A DNA stretch of 15,156 nucleotides from Bdellovibrionales bacterium (GCA_050246815.1 JBFWVI010000065.1:1-15156), one strand, 5' to 3'; counted from the stretch's first letter, positions 6,049-14,766 are shown. Notes: a model not told the origin generated them from the letters alone. Translations and numbers: made by a program.

Positions 6049-7341
6049 TTAAGCGAATTGACTGAAGAGCGAGTTGTAATGCGCCTGCACACTGGCTAAA
6101 TCCACCTGGTTGAAGAAGCTTGAAAAGCTCATCCACACCGCCAACCCGTTCAGATCGCTGAATTGATAGGGTAAATAGCGAGGAAACTCGATCAACCCTT
6201 CGCGATGCTTGTGATAAAGCAGCGGAACATCGTCGACATGCAGCTTGCCGGTGAAAATAAACGGGATCAAGTGAGGTTTTCCGGCGCGAATTGCAGTACG
6301 GAAGAAATTGTAATTTTCAACAAAACCTTTGCAGTACGAAATGTCCTTGGTGAAGGGCGCACCGCCCGTCACCATTCCGCCCCGAAAAATGCGAAGCGAA
6401 TTGGTGATGGCGTCGTGCTCGGAATATCCTTCGGTGCGAAAGTACTCGATGATCTCGAGCAAATTGGCCCCGTCCTCGACCTTATCGATGCAGATAATAC
6501 GATCATTGATTTGTCGGGCGCGGCGCGGGTACGAACGAAAGGTGAAAATCTCCATGATGACGGCAAGCCCCTCTTGCGTCGATGAGCAACGGGGCGGACC
6601 GATTGCCAAAAATTTGCAAACCGGTTGCGCGCGGCCGTTCAGCGTTGTGCCCACATGCACCCAGCCTTCATGGACCTCATAGATCTCGATCTCGCGCTGG
6701 GCGAACAAGGCCCCCTCACGAATCTTGACCGTGTCACCGCCTGCCGCCGCGTCCGCTACGATTCCGTCGGACAACTTTGCGGTGGCCGTGCCTTCACCAA
6801 AATAATTATGAAAACGCTGGTTCAGCTGATCCACAACCTCCTGCGCCTTCACATTTTCAACAAAGTCTTGATTGGGCAAAGAGGCATCGACCCCACTTAA
6901 AATCTGGTAGAGCATTTGCGCCATGTCCACAATGCGGTTTTTATCTTCTATGAAGTGATCTTTGGGCGAGCCATAAAGACGGCGGCTGCATTCGTAAAAA
7001 TTTTTAGTGCCACGCGACTCCAGCATCTCGACGACCAGCAGATACTGGTCGATGATTTTGGTCAAAAGCTGTCCCAGCTCGTCTTGCGGGCCAAGCTCGC
7101 GACGGATGTCGGCACTTAAATTTTTCAGTTCCTCGCGTTTAGCCTCGGTGTCGAACCCCAGCACATTGCGCTGATAAAATTCGGCATCCAGCTTGGGCAA
7201 TTGCTTGAATTTTCCCGCTTTTAATTCTTCTTCAATCGTCGATCCGATTTTGATGGCATTCAAAATGCGGATCGGCTTTTGCGCCTCGACCAGGGCCTGC
7301 GAAAAGAGTTTGATTTTCTCTTTGTAGGTCGTCCAGGGCAT
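6049..7341 (-). CDS. QEGLA-motif protein (TIGR02421 / DUF1704, MATCAP-like Tyr/Phe carboxypeptidase-type metallopeptidase)
   Basis: Likely start is ATG 7341 (MPWTTYKEKIK), 1 nt after the upstream stop. Contains HEGWVH (HExxxH), TTLNG, TQEGLA, RIFRGG and FTKDISYCKG. Confidence 0.9.
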   Translation of the reverse strand: MPWTTYKEKIKLFSQALVEAQKPIRILNAIKIGSTIEEELKAGKFKQLPKLDAEFYQRNVLGFDTEAKREELKNLSADIRRELGPQDELGQLLTKIIDQYLLVVEMLESRGTKNFYECSRRLYGSPKDHFIEDKNRIVDMAQMLYQILSGVDASLPNQDFVENVKAQEVVDQLNQRFHNYFGEGTATAKLSDGIVADAAAGGDTVKIREGALFAQREIEIYEVHEGWVHVGTTLNGRAQPVCKFLAIGPPRCSSTQEGLAVIMEIFTFRSYPRRARQINDRIICIDKVEDGANLLEIIEYFRTEGYSEHDAITNSLRIFRGGMVTGGAPFTKDISYCKGFVENYNFFRTAIRAGKPHLIPFIFTGKLHVDDVPLLYHKHREGLIEFPRYLPYQFSDLNGLAVWMSFSSFFNQVDLASVQAHYNSLFSQFA

Positions 7342-7342
7342 C

Positions 7343-8131
7343 TTAAAAAGAGAGCGCCAGCTTAAAGTTAAACCCGCTGGTGTCAAAGTTGCGGGTGTAC
7401 TCCGCCCCAAGTTTGAGAATCAACAAATTGGCTTCGATACCGGCCACCAACTGCGTGCCATTTTCTTTGGCGCTGTAATTGGTTACACCCGATTGAAAGA
7501 ACTGCGTGGTCCCTTGAACCGAAAATTCGCCATCACCTTTCAACAAGCCAAAACCCAGATAGGGTTCAACCACCACGAAATCTTTGCTGACCAACAACAA
7601 TAAACCGCTGACTTTGTCTTCAAAATTCACAGTCGAAGTGACGCTGCTGACGGTTTGTCTGAAGTTCAACTCACTCTTCATAAAATGCGCTTTCAGCGCA
7701 ACCGACACGGGCAGCTCCACAACGGAATTAATTGTCCACTTTCCTGCAAGTCCCATGTTTTTAAATTTGAAATCGTCGCCACCAACCTCGGGGATCATGG
7801 ATGCCTCGATCGTGAAGCCAAATGGCACTGAAACAATACCTAAAATGCCCCCATGGGGGGCTTTGTCGGCCTCTGCGCCAGGGTCGGCTTGTTTAGCCAA
7901 CTTGTTGATTTCATCGGTTTGCGTGATACCCGCAACCAAACCGAACTCCAATCCAAAAACATCACCTAAGGGGCTTGCGCCCGACACCGAGGTGTGTGTG
8001 AAATTGGCCGAAAATTCTTTGATCACATTTTTGGCTTGAGCGTCAGTCAACTGATCAAAAGCCACGTTTTGGGCCTGAGCGATTGACGCACTTAAGAAAA
8101 GGAACACAAAGCTGATTATCTTTTGCGACAT
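7343..8131 (-). CDS. Putative outer-membrane beta-barrel protein (DUF6588-like)
   Basis: ATG 8131 after AAGGAG. Signal peptide ending ASIAQA|Q, alternating amphipathic beta-strands, and C-terminal FNFKLALSF with terminal Phe (BAM beta-signal). Confidence 0.8.
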   Translation of the reverse strand: MSQKIISFVFLFLSASIAQAQNVAFDQLTDAQAKNVIKEFSANFTHTSVSGASPLGDVFGLEFGLVAGITQTDEINKLAKQADPGAEADKAPHGGILGIVSVPFGFTIEASMIPEVGGDDFKFKNMGLAGKWTINSVVELPVSVALKAHFMKSELNFRQTVSSVTSTVNFEDKVSGLLLLVSKDFVVVEPYLGFGLLKGDGEFSVQGTTQFFQSGVTNYSAKENGTQLVAGIEANLLILKLGAEYTRNFDTSGFNFKLALSF

Positions 8132-8152
8132 AGTGGTCTCCTTGGTGGACAT

Positions 8153-8181
8153 AGTGTAACTGGCTGTTTCTTCGACGGAAA
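8153..8181 (-). promoter_or_regulatory. Possible sigma70 promoter of the barrel/QEGLA operon
   Basis: Minus strand TTTCCG, 17-nt spacer, TACACT, about 20 nt before ATG 8131. Confidence 0.3.
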
Positions 8182-8359
8182 TGCCCCTTGACCATTCTTC
8201 GACGTTGGTCGCCTTCAACTAACGCTTGGCTTCCCATATAAGTTTTTCAAATTGGCTCTCAAACGAGGATGAATTTGCAGTCAACCACACACTTCCCTAG
8301 CCTAGAGTCCGGTCGGGCGGTGGGTGCAAGGTCCACGGCCATTCATGAGGGGGGAATTC

Positions 8360-11300
8360 ATGAGAGGGATCATCAAAGCGCTTGCAGTCGCCACAGCTGT
8401 CTTAAGCAGCGCAGCCTGCACGCAAAACAAAAGCGCCAATTCAAATGAGCCGTTTTTGCTGGATCAAGGGCAATTGGATCCGCGCATTATCAGCGATCGC
8501 CCTATTCAGCGCGACAAGGTGATCTTGACGATCAAATTGTCGTCGCCCGCTTTGATTGAAGCTGCTGAAAGAACTGAAAACGGCCTGCAAGTACCGCCTG
8601 AGGCCATGAAACAATTGATGCAAGAGCAAGAGGCGGTCATCGCCCAACTAAAATCGCTTTCCCCCGATATCGCGATTGTCTACCGCTACCGCATGATTTT
8701 GAATGGCTTGGCCTTCACGGCACCGGCGGCCTTGCAAAAAATGATCACCAATATTCCGGGAGTGCGCTCGGTTGAGCCCGCACGAAAAATTGGCCGGCCC
8801 ATCACAAGTGCCCTGGCCAGCGCAGATAAAAAAAGCAAACCCTTCTCTCGCACCTCGGTGCAATTCATCGAGGCCGATCAGGTTCATCGTGAGCTGAAAA
8901 CCAGCGAAGGCTTGGCCGTTCGCGGTCAGGGCATGCGCGTGGGCGTACTCGACACCGGCATCGACTTCACGCACCGTATGCTGGGAGGCAACGGCCGCGA
9001 AGAAGATTTTAAAAACACCAAACCAAGTGACGCCACAGCGGCCTTTCCCAACAACAAAGTGGTGGGTGGTCTGGATCTGGTCGGCACGGAATTCGACGCC
9101 GGCTCAGAGCTGTGGAGCAAACAATTGCCCAAACCTGACACCAACCCGATCGACGAAGGTGGCCACGGCACACACGTGGCCGGAACCATCGCGGGCATTG
9201 GCGATGGCTTAGAGACCTACTCAGGCGTCGCGCCGGATGCGCAACTTTACGCAATCAAAGTTTTTGGCGCGGACGGCTCGACCTCGGATTCGGTGGTGAT
9301 CGCGGGTCTTGAATACGCAGCCGACCCGAACCAGGATGGCGATCCCAGCGACCGTCTTGATGTGGTCAACCTTTCTTTGGGAAGTGGTTTTGGCCAGCCC
9401 CAAATCATGTACACAGAAGCCATTCGCGTTTTGAGCGAAGGCGGCACTATGGTGGTGGCTTCGGCCGGAAATTCAGGCGCAATCGATTACGTGGTCGGCG
9501 CGCCTAGCACCTCGGATGAAGCATTGTCCGTTGCGGCGTCTATCGACGATATGGACCACAACTGGAAGTTCAATGCTTCTGAAATTAAAATTGGCAACAG
9601 CGATGCCTTTTTGGTTCGTGCCATTGAAGGCCCGATCTCAAAACCAGTCGAAGAAAGTGCCGGCGTCAAAGGTAAGCTGGTCCACATCGGCTTGGCCAAT
9701 CGTCCATTGACCGATGAAGAAAAAGCCAAACTAAGCGGCAATATCGCGTTAATTGACCGCGGCGCCGTGGCTTTTGTTGAAAAACTCAAAGTGGCCAAAT
9801 CGGGCGGAGCCATTGGCGCACTGGTCGCCAACAATCAACCCGGTGAACCCATCCCCATGGGTGGCGACGGCAGCGTCGACATCCCGGCCATCATGGTGAC
9901 CAAAGAAGTTGGTGACCAAGTGAAAGAAGGAGTCAGCAAGGGCGATGTGGTGCTGGACTTCAACACCGGCAAAATGATCGAAGACGCCACATTGGTGGAC
10001 ACCATCACGGATTTTTCGAGCAAAGGGCCCCGTTCCATGGATTCCGCACTGAAACCCGAAATCACGGCTCCGGGCCAAAGCATCATCTCGGCCTCTATGG
10101 GCAGCGGTGACAAAGGGGTTGAAATGAGCGGCACCAGCATGTCAGGCCCTCACATGGCCGGCGTCATGACCCTGGTGAAACAGTTCCGCCCCAAACTCTC
10201 GACACGTGAGCTGAAGAGCCTGGTGATGAGCACGACCAAATCCATCCACGACGCCAAAGGTGTGGTGTATCCCTTGACCTTGCAAGGTGCAGGACGGGTG
10301 CGCACCATGGCCGCCGTCATGGCCCCCCTGGCTTTCAATCAACCCGCCTTGTCCTTGGGCAATGTGCAAGTGGGCCAAGGTAAAACCATCCGTCGCCAGA
10401 TTGAAGTGCGCAACATCACCGATCAAAATGTCAGTGTCAGCGCAAAGGGGATCGGTGGCGAGTTGATGCAAGTTCAAGCCGCTGGGGAATTAAGCTTAGC
10501 CGCGGGCAAAACGGGCACTTTGAGTGTGCTGATCAATATCAAAGCGTCGACCTCAGAACAGGCTGTGATTGAACTCAATGGCGCGGTCGAAATCACCACC
10601 AAAGCCGCGGATCAGACGTTTAAACAACTAGTCCCGGTCTTGGCGATGTTGACCAAAATCAGCGACATTCAAGCCACCACACTGAATGTCTTTGCATCTA
10701 GTCAGAATGACGCTGCTGATGCCCACGCCGAATTGACCTTGGTCAACCGGGGCACGCAAGCGGGTTTGGCCTTACCCTTTAATTTGATCGGCACCGACCG
10801 ACGCAAGCCGCAACCCGACGTGACGGATTCTTTCCGTAGCCGCAGCTGCGACTTGGAATCTGCCGGCTACCGCATCGTGCGCAAAGAGGTCGATGGCGAA
10901 CTGCAGGACATGTTGCAATTCGCGGTGAAAATTTTTGAACCTGTGACGACCTGGCATTACTGCGAAATTTCGGTGCAAATTGACAGCAACAACGACCAAC
11001 TGGCCGATCAGGAGCTGGTGGGCATCAACGGCGCAAACCTGGCGGGTCTAGGCGGCCTTGGGTTTTCATCGCTGCTGCTGGACGCGGTCAAGGCGCGATC
11101 GATCCGTCTGACTTTTGAAAAAGAGTTGGGGAGCGGCAAAGAAGAGCAATTGAATTATGCCGAATCCGTCCAAGACTTGCAGCCCATGCGCGTATTTGAA
11201 AATTCCACGCTGGCCGTGGTTGAAACGCCCTTGAAGTTGGTTGGCTTGCGACCCGGCGGAGAGCTGGCGGTTAAGATCGCCGCTCTTTACTCTGACACCG

Positions 11301-11566
11301 AAGGCTTAGCACCCGACGATTTCTTGGGTGGCCAATTGAAATCTTGGAAAAGGTTAAATGCGCAGGCCTCGTCGAACGGCTTTTACAACCTGCCCGAAAC
11401 AATTCAGCTTGCGGCAGGCGCGACTGAAACCGTGGCGCTAAACCGCGGCGCGGGCCAAGAAAATTTGGTGGTGTACTTTCCCACCAATCGCAGTGCTCGC
11501 AGTGTGAAATCGGATCCTCAGGCGCAAGAGGTCAAGGCGACTTATCAGCAGCTCACCAACCCTTAA
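8360..11566 (+). CDS. S8 family subtilisin-like serine protease (Vpr-like), lipoprotein with I9 propeptide, PA domain and C-terminal beta domains
   Basis: ATG 8360 after GAGGGGGG. Lipobox LSSAA|C. Propeptide YRYRMILNGLAF. Catalytic triad VGVLDTGID / HGTHVAGT / GTSMSGPH, oxyanion SAGNSG, PA domain IALIDRGAVAFVEK. 1068 aa. Confidence 0.95.
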   Translation: MRGIIKALAVATAVLSSAACTQNKSANSNEPFLLDQGQLDPRIISDRPIQRDKVILTIKLSSPALIEAAERTENGLQVPPEAMKQLMQEQEAVIAQLKSLSPDIAIVYRYRMILNGLAFTAPAALQKMITNIPGVRSVEPARKIGRPITSALASADKKSKPFSRTSVQFIEADQVHRELKTSEGLAVRGQGMRVGVLDTGIDFTHRMLGGNGREEDFKNTKPSDATAAFPNNKVVGGLDLVGTEFDAGSELWSKQLPKPDTNPIDEGGHGTHVAGTIAGIGDGLETYSGVAPDAQLYAIKVFGADGSTSDSVVIAGLEYAADPNQDGDPSDRLDVVNLSLGSGFGQPQIMYTEAIRVLSEGGTMVVASAGNSGAIDYVVGAPSTSDEALSVAASIDDMDHNWKFNASEIKIGNSDAFLVRAIEGPISKPVEESAGVKGKLVHIGLANRPLTDEEKAKLSGNIALIDRGAVAFVEKLKVAKSGGAIGALVANNQPGEPIPMGGDGSVDIPAIMVTKEVGDQVKEGVSKGDVVLDFNTGKMIEDATLVDTITDFSSKGPRSMDSALKPEITAPGQSIISASMGSGDKGVEMSGTSMSGPHMAGVMTLVKQFRPKLSTRELKSLVMSTTKSIHDAKGVVYPLTLQGAGRVRTMAAVMAPLAFNQPALSLGNVQVGQGKTIRRQIEVRNITDQNVSVSAKGIGGELMQVQAAGELSLAAGKTGTLSVLINIKASTSEQAVIELNGAVEITTKAADQTFKQLVPVLAMLTKISDIQATTLNVFASSQNDAADAHAELTLVNRGTQAGLALPFNLIGTDRRKPQPDVTDSFRSRSCDLESAGYRIVRKEVDGELQDMLQFAVKIFEPVTTWHYCEISVQIDSNNDQLADQELVGINGANLAGLGGLGFSSLLLDAVKARSIRLTFEKELGSGKEEQLNYAESVQDLQPMRVFENSTLAVVETPLKLVGLRPGGELAVKIAALYSDTEGLAPDDFLGGQLKSWKRLNAQASSNGFYNLPETIQLAAGATETVALNRGAGQENLVVYFPTNRSARSVKSDPQAQEVKATYQQLTNP

Positions 11567-12095
11567 CCAACCTGAGGTAAGGGTGCCAGCTGGATGGCAT
11601 GCGGTCAGGCCGCACATCCAGCTCATGTGAGGGCAGCCATTTGGGTACCGTGGGACTTTTCAAAAGCCGCATATTGGCCTGATCAGGCGTGCGGCAACCT
11701 TTTTTATTATTGCACGCAGAACACGCAGCCACCACATTGGTCCACTCATGTCGGCCGCCTTTCGAAAGCGGCAAAACATGATCGATTGTAAGGCGTTTTT
11801 CGGCGATTTTTTTATGACAGTATTGGCAGGTCAAATGATCACGCATAAAGATATTCTGGCGTGATAAGCGTACCTGCATGGTGAAATACGGGCGCATATA
11901 GGATTTCAAACGGATCACGCTGGGCAACATGAAGGTCTTCGACGGGCTTGAAACCGTCTGCTTGTGAAATTCGATGACTTCGACTTTGTCTTGTAGCCAA
12001 AGGATTATGGCTTTTCTCCAGCTCACAACCTTAAGTGGCTCGTAGCCCGCATTCAGAATGAGGGCTGCTGCGGATTTACCGTTGAAGGCTCCCCC
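11553..12095 (-). CDS. HNH endonuclease (McrA-like, HNH_5 type); start codon uncertain
   Basis: Motifs SRQNIFMRDHLTCQYC, TIDHVLPLSKGG and WTNVVAACSACNNKKG. The frame is open upstream of GTG 12026 to 12095 and encodes the family N-terminal motif ALILNAGYEPLKVVSWRKAI. Confidence 0.88.
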   Translation of the reverse strand, partial: GGAFNGKSAAALILNAGYEPLKVVSWRKAIILWLQDKVEVIEFHKQTVSSPSKTFMLPSVIRLKSYMRPYFTMQVRLSRQNIFMRDHLTCQYCHKKIAEKRLTIDHVLPLSKGGRHEWTNVVAACSACNNKKGCRTPDQANMRLLKSPTVPKWLPSHELDVRPDRMPSSWHPYLRLVKGW

Positions 12096-12217
12096 CTAAA
12101 TAGACTCTTTCGAGTCTTGGTTCTATTTTCTCCTGCTCAAAGAAATTCAGCAAGTCCAGGTCCATCGTGCATCAAGTTGAGACGTCATATCCCTTTAAAC
12201 CCTACTATGGAGCCGCT

Positions 12218-12252
12218 AAAAACAAAGGCCAGGTGCGCTTTCCGCCCTGGCC
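12218..12252 (-). terminator. Rho-independent terminator of the 12284..12931 lipoprotein gene
   Basis: GC-rich stem GGCCAGG(T)GCG...CGC-CCTGGCC (12227-12252) followed on the minus strand by TTTGTTTTT. Confidence 0.75.
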
Positions 12253-12283
12253 CGTGGTTTTAAATCATTCTCAAAAACCAATT

Positions 12284-12931
12284 TTACGTGTTCGCCAATC
12301 GATCACGAAATGCCACAATCACGGCACGAACTTCTTCAAGCTCCATGCGCAGTATAAACTGCAAGGGATTGCTGCCCAAGCGGGTAATCAGGCCATCCAC
12401 TGCCGCAATCAAGACATTCACCCGATCCGCCAAGATGTCATAGATGCCACCAAAACGCGCTTCAAGCGAGTCCAAACGGGCCATCATTTCGGTCAGGCGT
12501 GCGATCAGATCCGTGTGCAAAGGATTGGCGGGGTCCAATTTCGCTAGTGCCGCAACCAGTTGAACCCGAGCCTTGGCAATTGCGTCCTTGGCTTTTTGGA
12601 CTGGTAAAGTCAGCTTGTCATATATTTTGTTTAGAATACCTTCAAGCTTCTCGGGTAGACCCGTCAAACTCAGAGCACTGACCGAATCACTTGAAATATT
12701 CAAACGACCATCTTTTACAACATCATCCAAAGCCGCTTGTGCTTCGGCCAAAGCGCTTTCTGCCTCTACCGCTTGAGCTTCAATTTTATCGTATTCAATA
12801 ACGGGAACGACGCCCGCACCCGACGATGTGTTGCTGCCGCCTGTCGAACTATTCATGGCCTGACCGCAAGCGGTTAAGCCAAGAGCTAAGGCTATCACCA
12901 CGCTGTGCTTCATTAGTTGTGTCATCTTCAT
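12284..12931 (-). CDS. Hypothetical all-alpha (amphipathic helical) lipoprotein
   Basis: ATG after a G-rich RBS. Lipobox ALGLTA|C, Ser/Gly/Thr linker, then long Leu/Ala/Glu-rich heptad helices. Confidence 0.85.
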   Translation of the reverse strand: MKMTQLMKHSVVIALALGLTACGQAMNSSTGGSNTSSGAGVVPVIEYDKIEAQAVEAESALAEAQAALDDVVKDGRLNISSDSVSALSLTGLPEKLEGILNKIYDKLTLPVQKAKDAIAKARVQLVAALAKLDPANPLHTDLIARLTEMMARLDSLEARFGGIYDILADRVNVLIAAVDGLITRLGSNPLQFILRMELEEVRAVIVAFRDRLANT

Positions 12932-12980
12932 CGGTACCCCCCCACCTATTTTTTGAATTGCAACGGACCTACTAGGCTAG

Positions 12981-12996
12981 AGCAAGGTCGGGGCCA
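12981..12996 (-). promoter_or_regulatory. Putative sigma54 (-24/-12) promoter for the helical lipoprotein
   Basis: Minus strand reads TGGCCCCGACCTTGCT, i.e. TGGC-N7-TTGCT with exact GG-N10-GC spacing, about 50 nt before the ATG. Confidence 0.65.
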
Positions 12997-13252
12997 CGCT
13001 GGACGCGACTTAAGCCAGGTCTAGAGGCCAAAAACCGCAGCCGTCATGTTTAGAGCTTGAGCGCTGTCTGATTGATCAACCGTTTTTGTGAATTGACGCG
13101 AACCGCACTCGATCACTCTGAAGCAATTAAATCACGTTTCGCGGGAACCACGACCAAAGTCAGAGTGCTTTTCATGAGTTGCCTTGCCCCAATGTGAAAC
13201 ATGAGCAGGCCGTAAGATTTCAAGAGTGTCGAAATAGTTTTCGAGAAACCAC

Positions 13253-14188
13253 CTAACGGCCGTACAAATAAAATAGTCGCTCGCGATCAACGCGGCTAAA
13301 TGTGGTCTTTGAAGGTTGCAGTTCCAGATTTCCCTTTGCTTTGAGCGTGACGGTACCCGGCTGCTTGGCGAAGGCCGTGGAATCGTAGAGCATCATTGAT
13401 TGTGCATCAAAAGAAAACACAGAGCCCACGTACTCATGAATCAGATCATCGGGAATCACCCAGAACTGAGGCCAAAACTGCGGATCGATGTTGTTCCAAA
13501 CCACATCTATATATTGGTCACGATCGGGACGGGAATGTTCGTGCACAAAGCCCAGGGCGTGCATCAATTCATGCATCACTTCGTAACTGCCGCATTTTGC
13601 TGACAAATAAATGGGCTGGGCACCGCCGACACGGCCCAAATAGGACGCGCAAAGCTCTTCGGCTTTCACGAATACAAGGCTATCGGCCTGACCGTTGTAA
13701 GGAACAAAACGCACATTGGTCTGTGTTTGAAATTGTTGAATCGCGGCCTCAATGGCGGCCCGGTTGGTGACGCCTGGTTGTATCGAATAGGGAATCTGGG
13801 CCGACTCCCAAAGTTTTGTGCGTTTGGCGGCGGTGATACCCTTTTCAACTTTTGGCTGGCCCTCGTTCAATTTGCCAAGCACGATATCGCCCTGGGTGAT
13901 GGCCATCCCTTCTCGAATTTCAAAGGCCAAATGACCTTCAGGTGGAGGCTTGGGCTCATCCGCTTTTTGAACAGGCTCAACCGTCACAACGGGGGCGGCA
14001 GTGGGCGACGGTAAAGCTTTTTCCGGTGGATTTGGCCGGGGTGCCTCGGGCGCGACGTTCACATCGGGCGAGGGCTTGACCTGAATTGGCGTCTCTGCTC
14101 TGGGGGGCGAGTCCGACCTGGGGTTTAAGAAATACCACCCCAAGACCAAACCCAAGGTGATGGCGATCGTCCACTCCTTAAACTTCAT
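13253..14188 (-). CDS. M12A (astacin) family zinc metallopeptidase, N-terminally membrane anchored
   Basis: Likely start ATG 14188 (MKFKEW), overlapping the PAP2 stop. TM segment, Pro-rich linker, pro-region QGDI, zinc motif HELMHALGFVHEHSRPDRD and Met-turn SMMLY. Confidence 0.93.
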   Translation of the reverse strand: MKFKEWTIAITLGLVLGWYFLNPRSDSPPRAETPIQVKPSPDVNVAPEAPRPNPPEKALPSPTAAPVVTVEPVQKADEPKPPPEGHLAFEIREGMAITQGDIVLGKLNEGQPKVEKGITAAKRTKLWESAQIPYSIQPGVTNRAAIEAAIQQFQTQTNVRFVPYNGQADSLVFVKAEELCASYLGRVGGAQPIYLSAKCGSYEVMHELMHALGFVHEHSRPDRDQYIDVVWNNIDPQFWPQFWVIPDDLIHEYVGSVFSFDAQSMMLYDSTAFAKQPGTVTLKAKGNLELQPSKTTFSRVDRERLFYLYGR

Positions 14189-14765
14189 TCTTTTTCCTAA
14201 CCGCCGGCGCCCAGCTTGGAGCCCACTTTCTGAGTGCCCAAATGGCCAACCAAGCAACCAATGCTCCTTGAAGCCATCCAAAAACAATATCAAAAGGATA
14301 ATGCACTCCCAAATACGGGCGACTGTAACCGACTAAAATGGAAACGGGATAAACCACCATACGCACGGGCGGAAAATACGCACCCAACAAGACAGCGCCG
14401 GCCATGGTGTTCACGGCGTGATTGGACGGAAAGCTATAGCCGCGCGGAGCAGGTTCAATTCTTAAGAACGCCCCGACTACATCGCTGTGAAAAGGGCGTT
14501 CACGTGCCACAGCTGGTTTGATCATGCGGTGATTCACAAAATCGCAGGCCCCGATCGCCAAGGCCAACACCAAGGTTGTCTTCAGACCCCGCCATCCAGC
14601 ACGCCACAAGGCGATGGCTATCAGTAACGGTAACAATCCTAAACTGATCCACTTCACACGGTGTAAATTGGTGATGTTGGCAAAAAAGAAATCGAGCAAC
14701 GGATGGGTCGCAGCCGCGTTGATCCAATGAAACAGGGCCAAATCTAAGGACTGCAGAAAGTCCAA
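14178..14765 (-). CDS. PAP2 family phosphatase (undecaprenyl-PP / lipid phosphate phosphatase-like)
   Basis: C1 KPAVARERP, C2 SFPSNH, C3 SRPYLGVHYPFD, several TM helices. Likely start is TTG 14765 after AAGGAG; ATG 14792 is the alternative. Confidence 0.92.
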   Translation of the reverse strand: MDFLQSLDLALFHWINAAATHPLLDFFFANITNLHRVKWISLGLLPLLIAIALWRAGWRGLKTTLVLALAIGACDFVNHRMIKPAVARERPFHSDVVGAFLRIEPAPRGYSFPSNHAVNTMAGAVLLGAYFPPVRMVVYPVSILVGYSRPYLGVHYPFDIVFGWLQGALVAWLAIWALRKWAPSWAPAVRKKNEV

Positions 14766-14766
14766 G

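Noticed and set aside
7342..7410. Longest-ORF N-terminal extensions (QEGLA to 7410; also barrel to 8218, S8 to 8324, astacin to 14293, regulator to 2484)
   Set aside because: Downstream ATGs have proper RBSs or operon coupling and put signal peptides at the N-terminus. The QEGLA and astacin extensions also overlap neighbouring genes.
8341..8364. Direct repeat ATTCATGAG flanking the S8 RBS
   Set aside because: Only two 9-nt copies overlapping alternative ATGs, with no further support for function.
8441..10999. Numerous 60-115 aa antisense ORFs within the S8 gene (likewise within nhaA, QEGLA, astacin and PAP2)
   Set aside because: Expected shadow ORFs from codon bias, with no independent evidence of coding.
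11553..12095. HNH gene considered as an IscB/Cas9-like or homing/mobile endonuclease
   Set aside because: About 170-180 aa with no RuvC motifs, PLMP domain, intron/intein context or evident adjacent structured RNA. It fits the common stand-alone LNxxYEPL-type HNH family.
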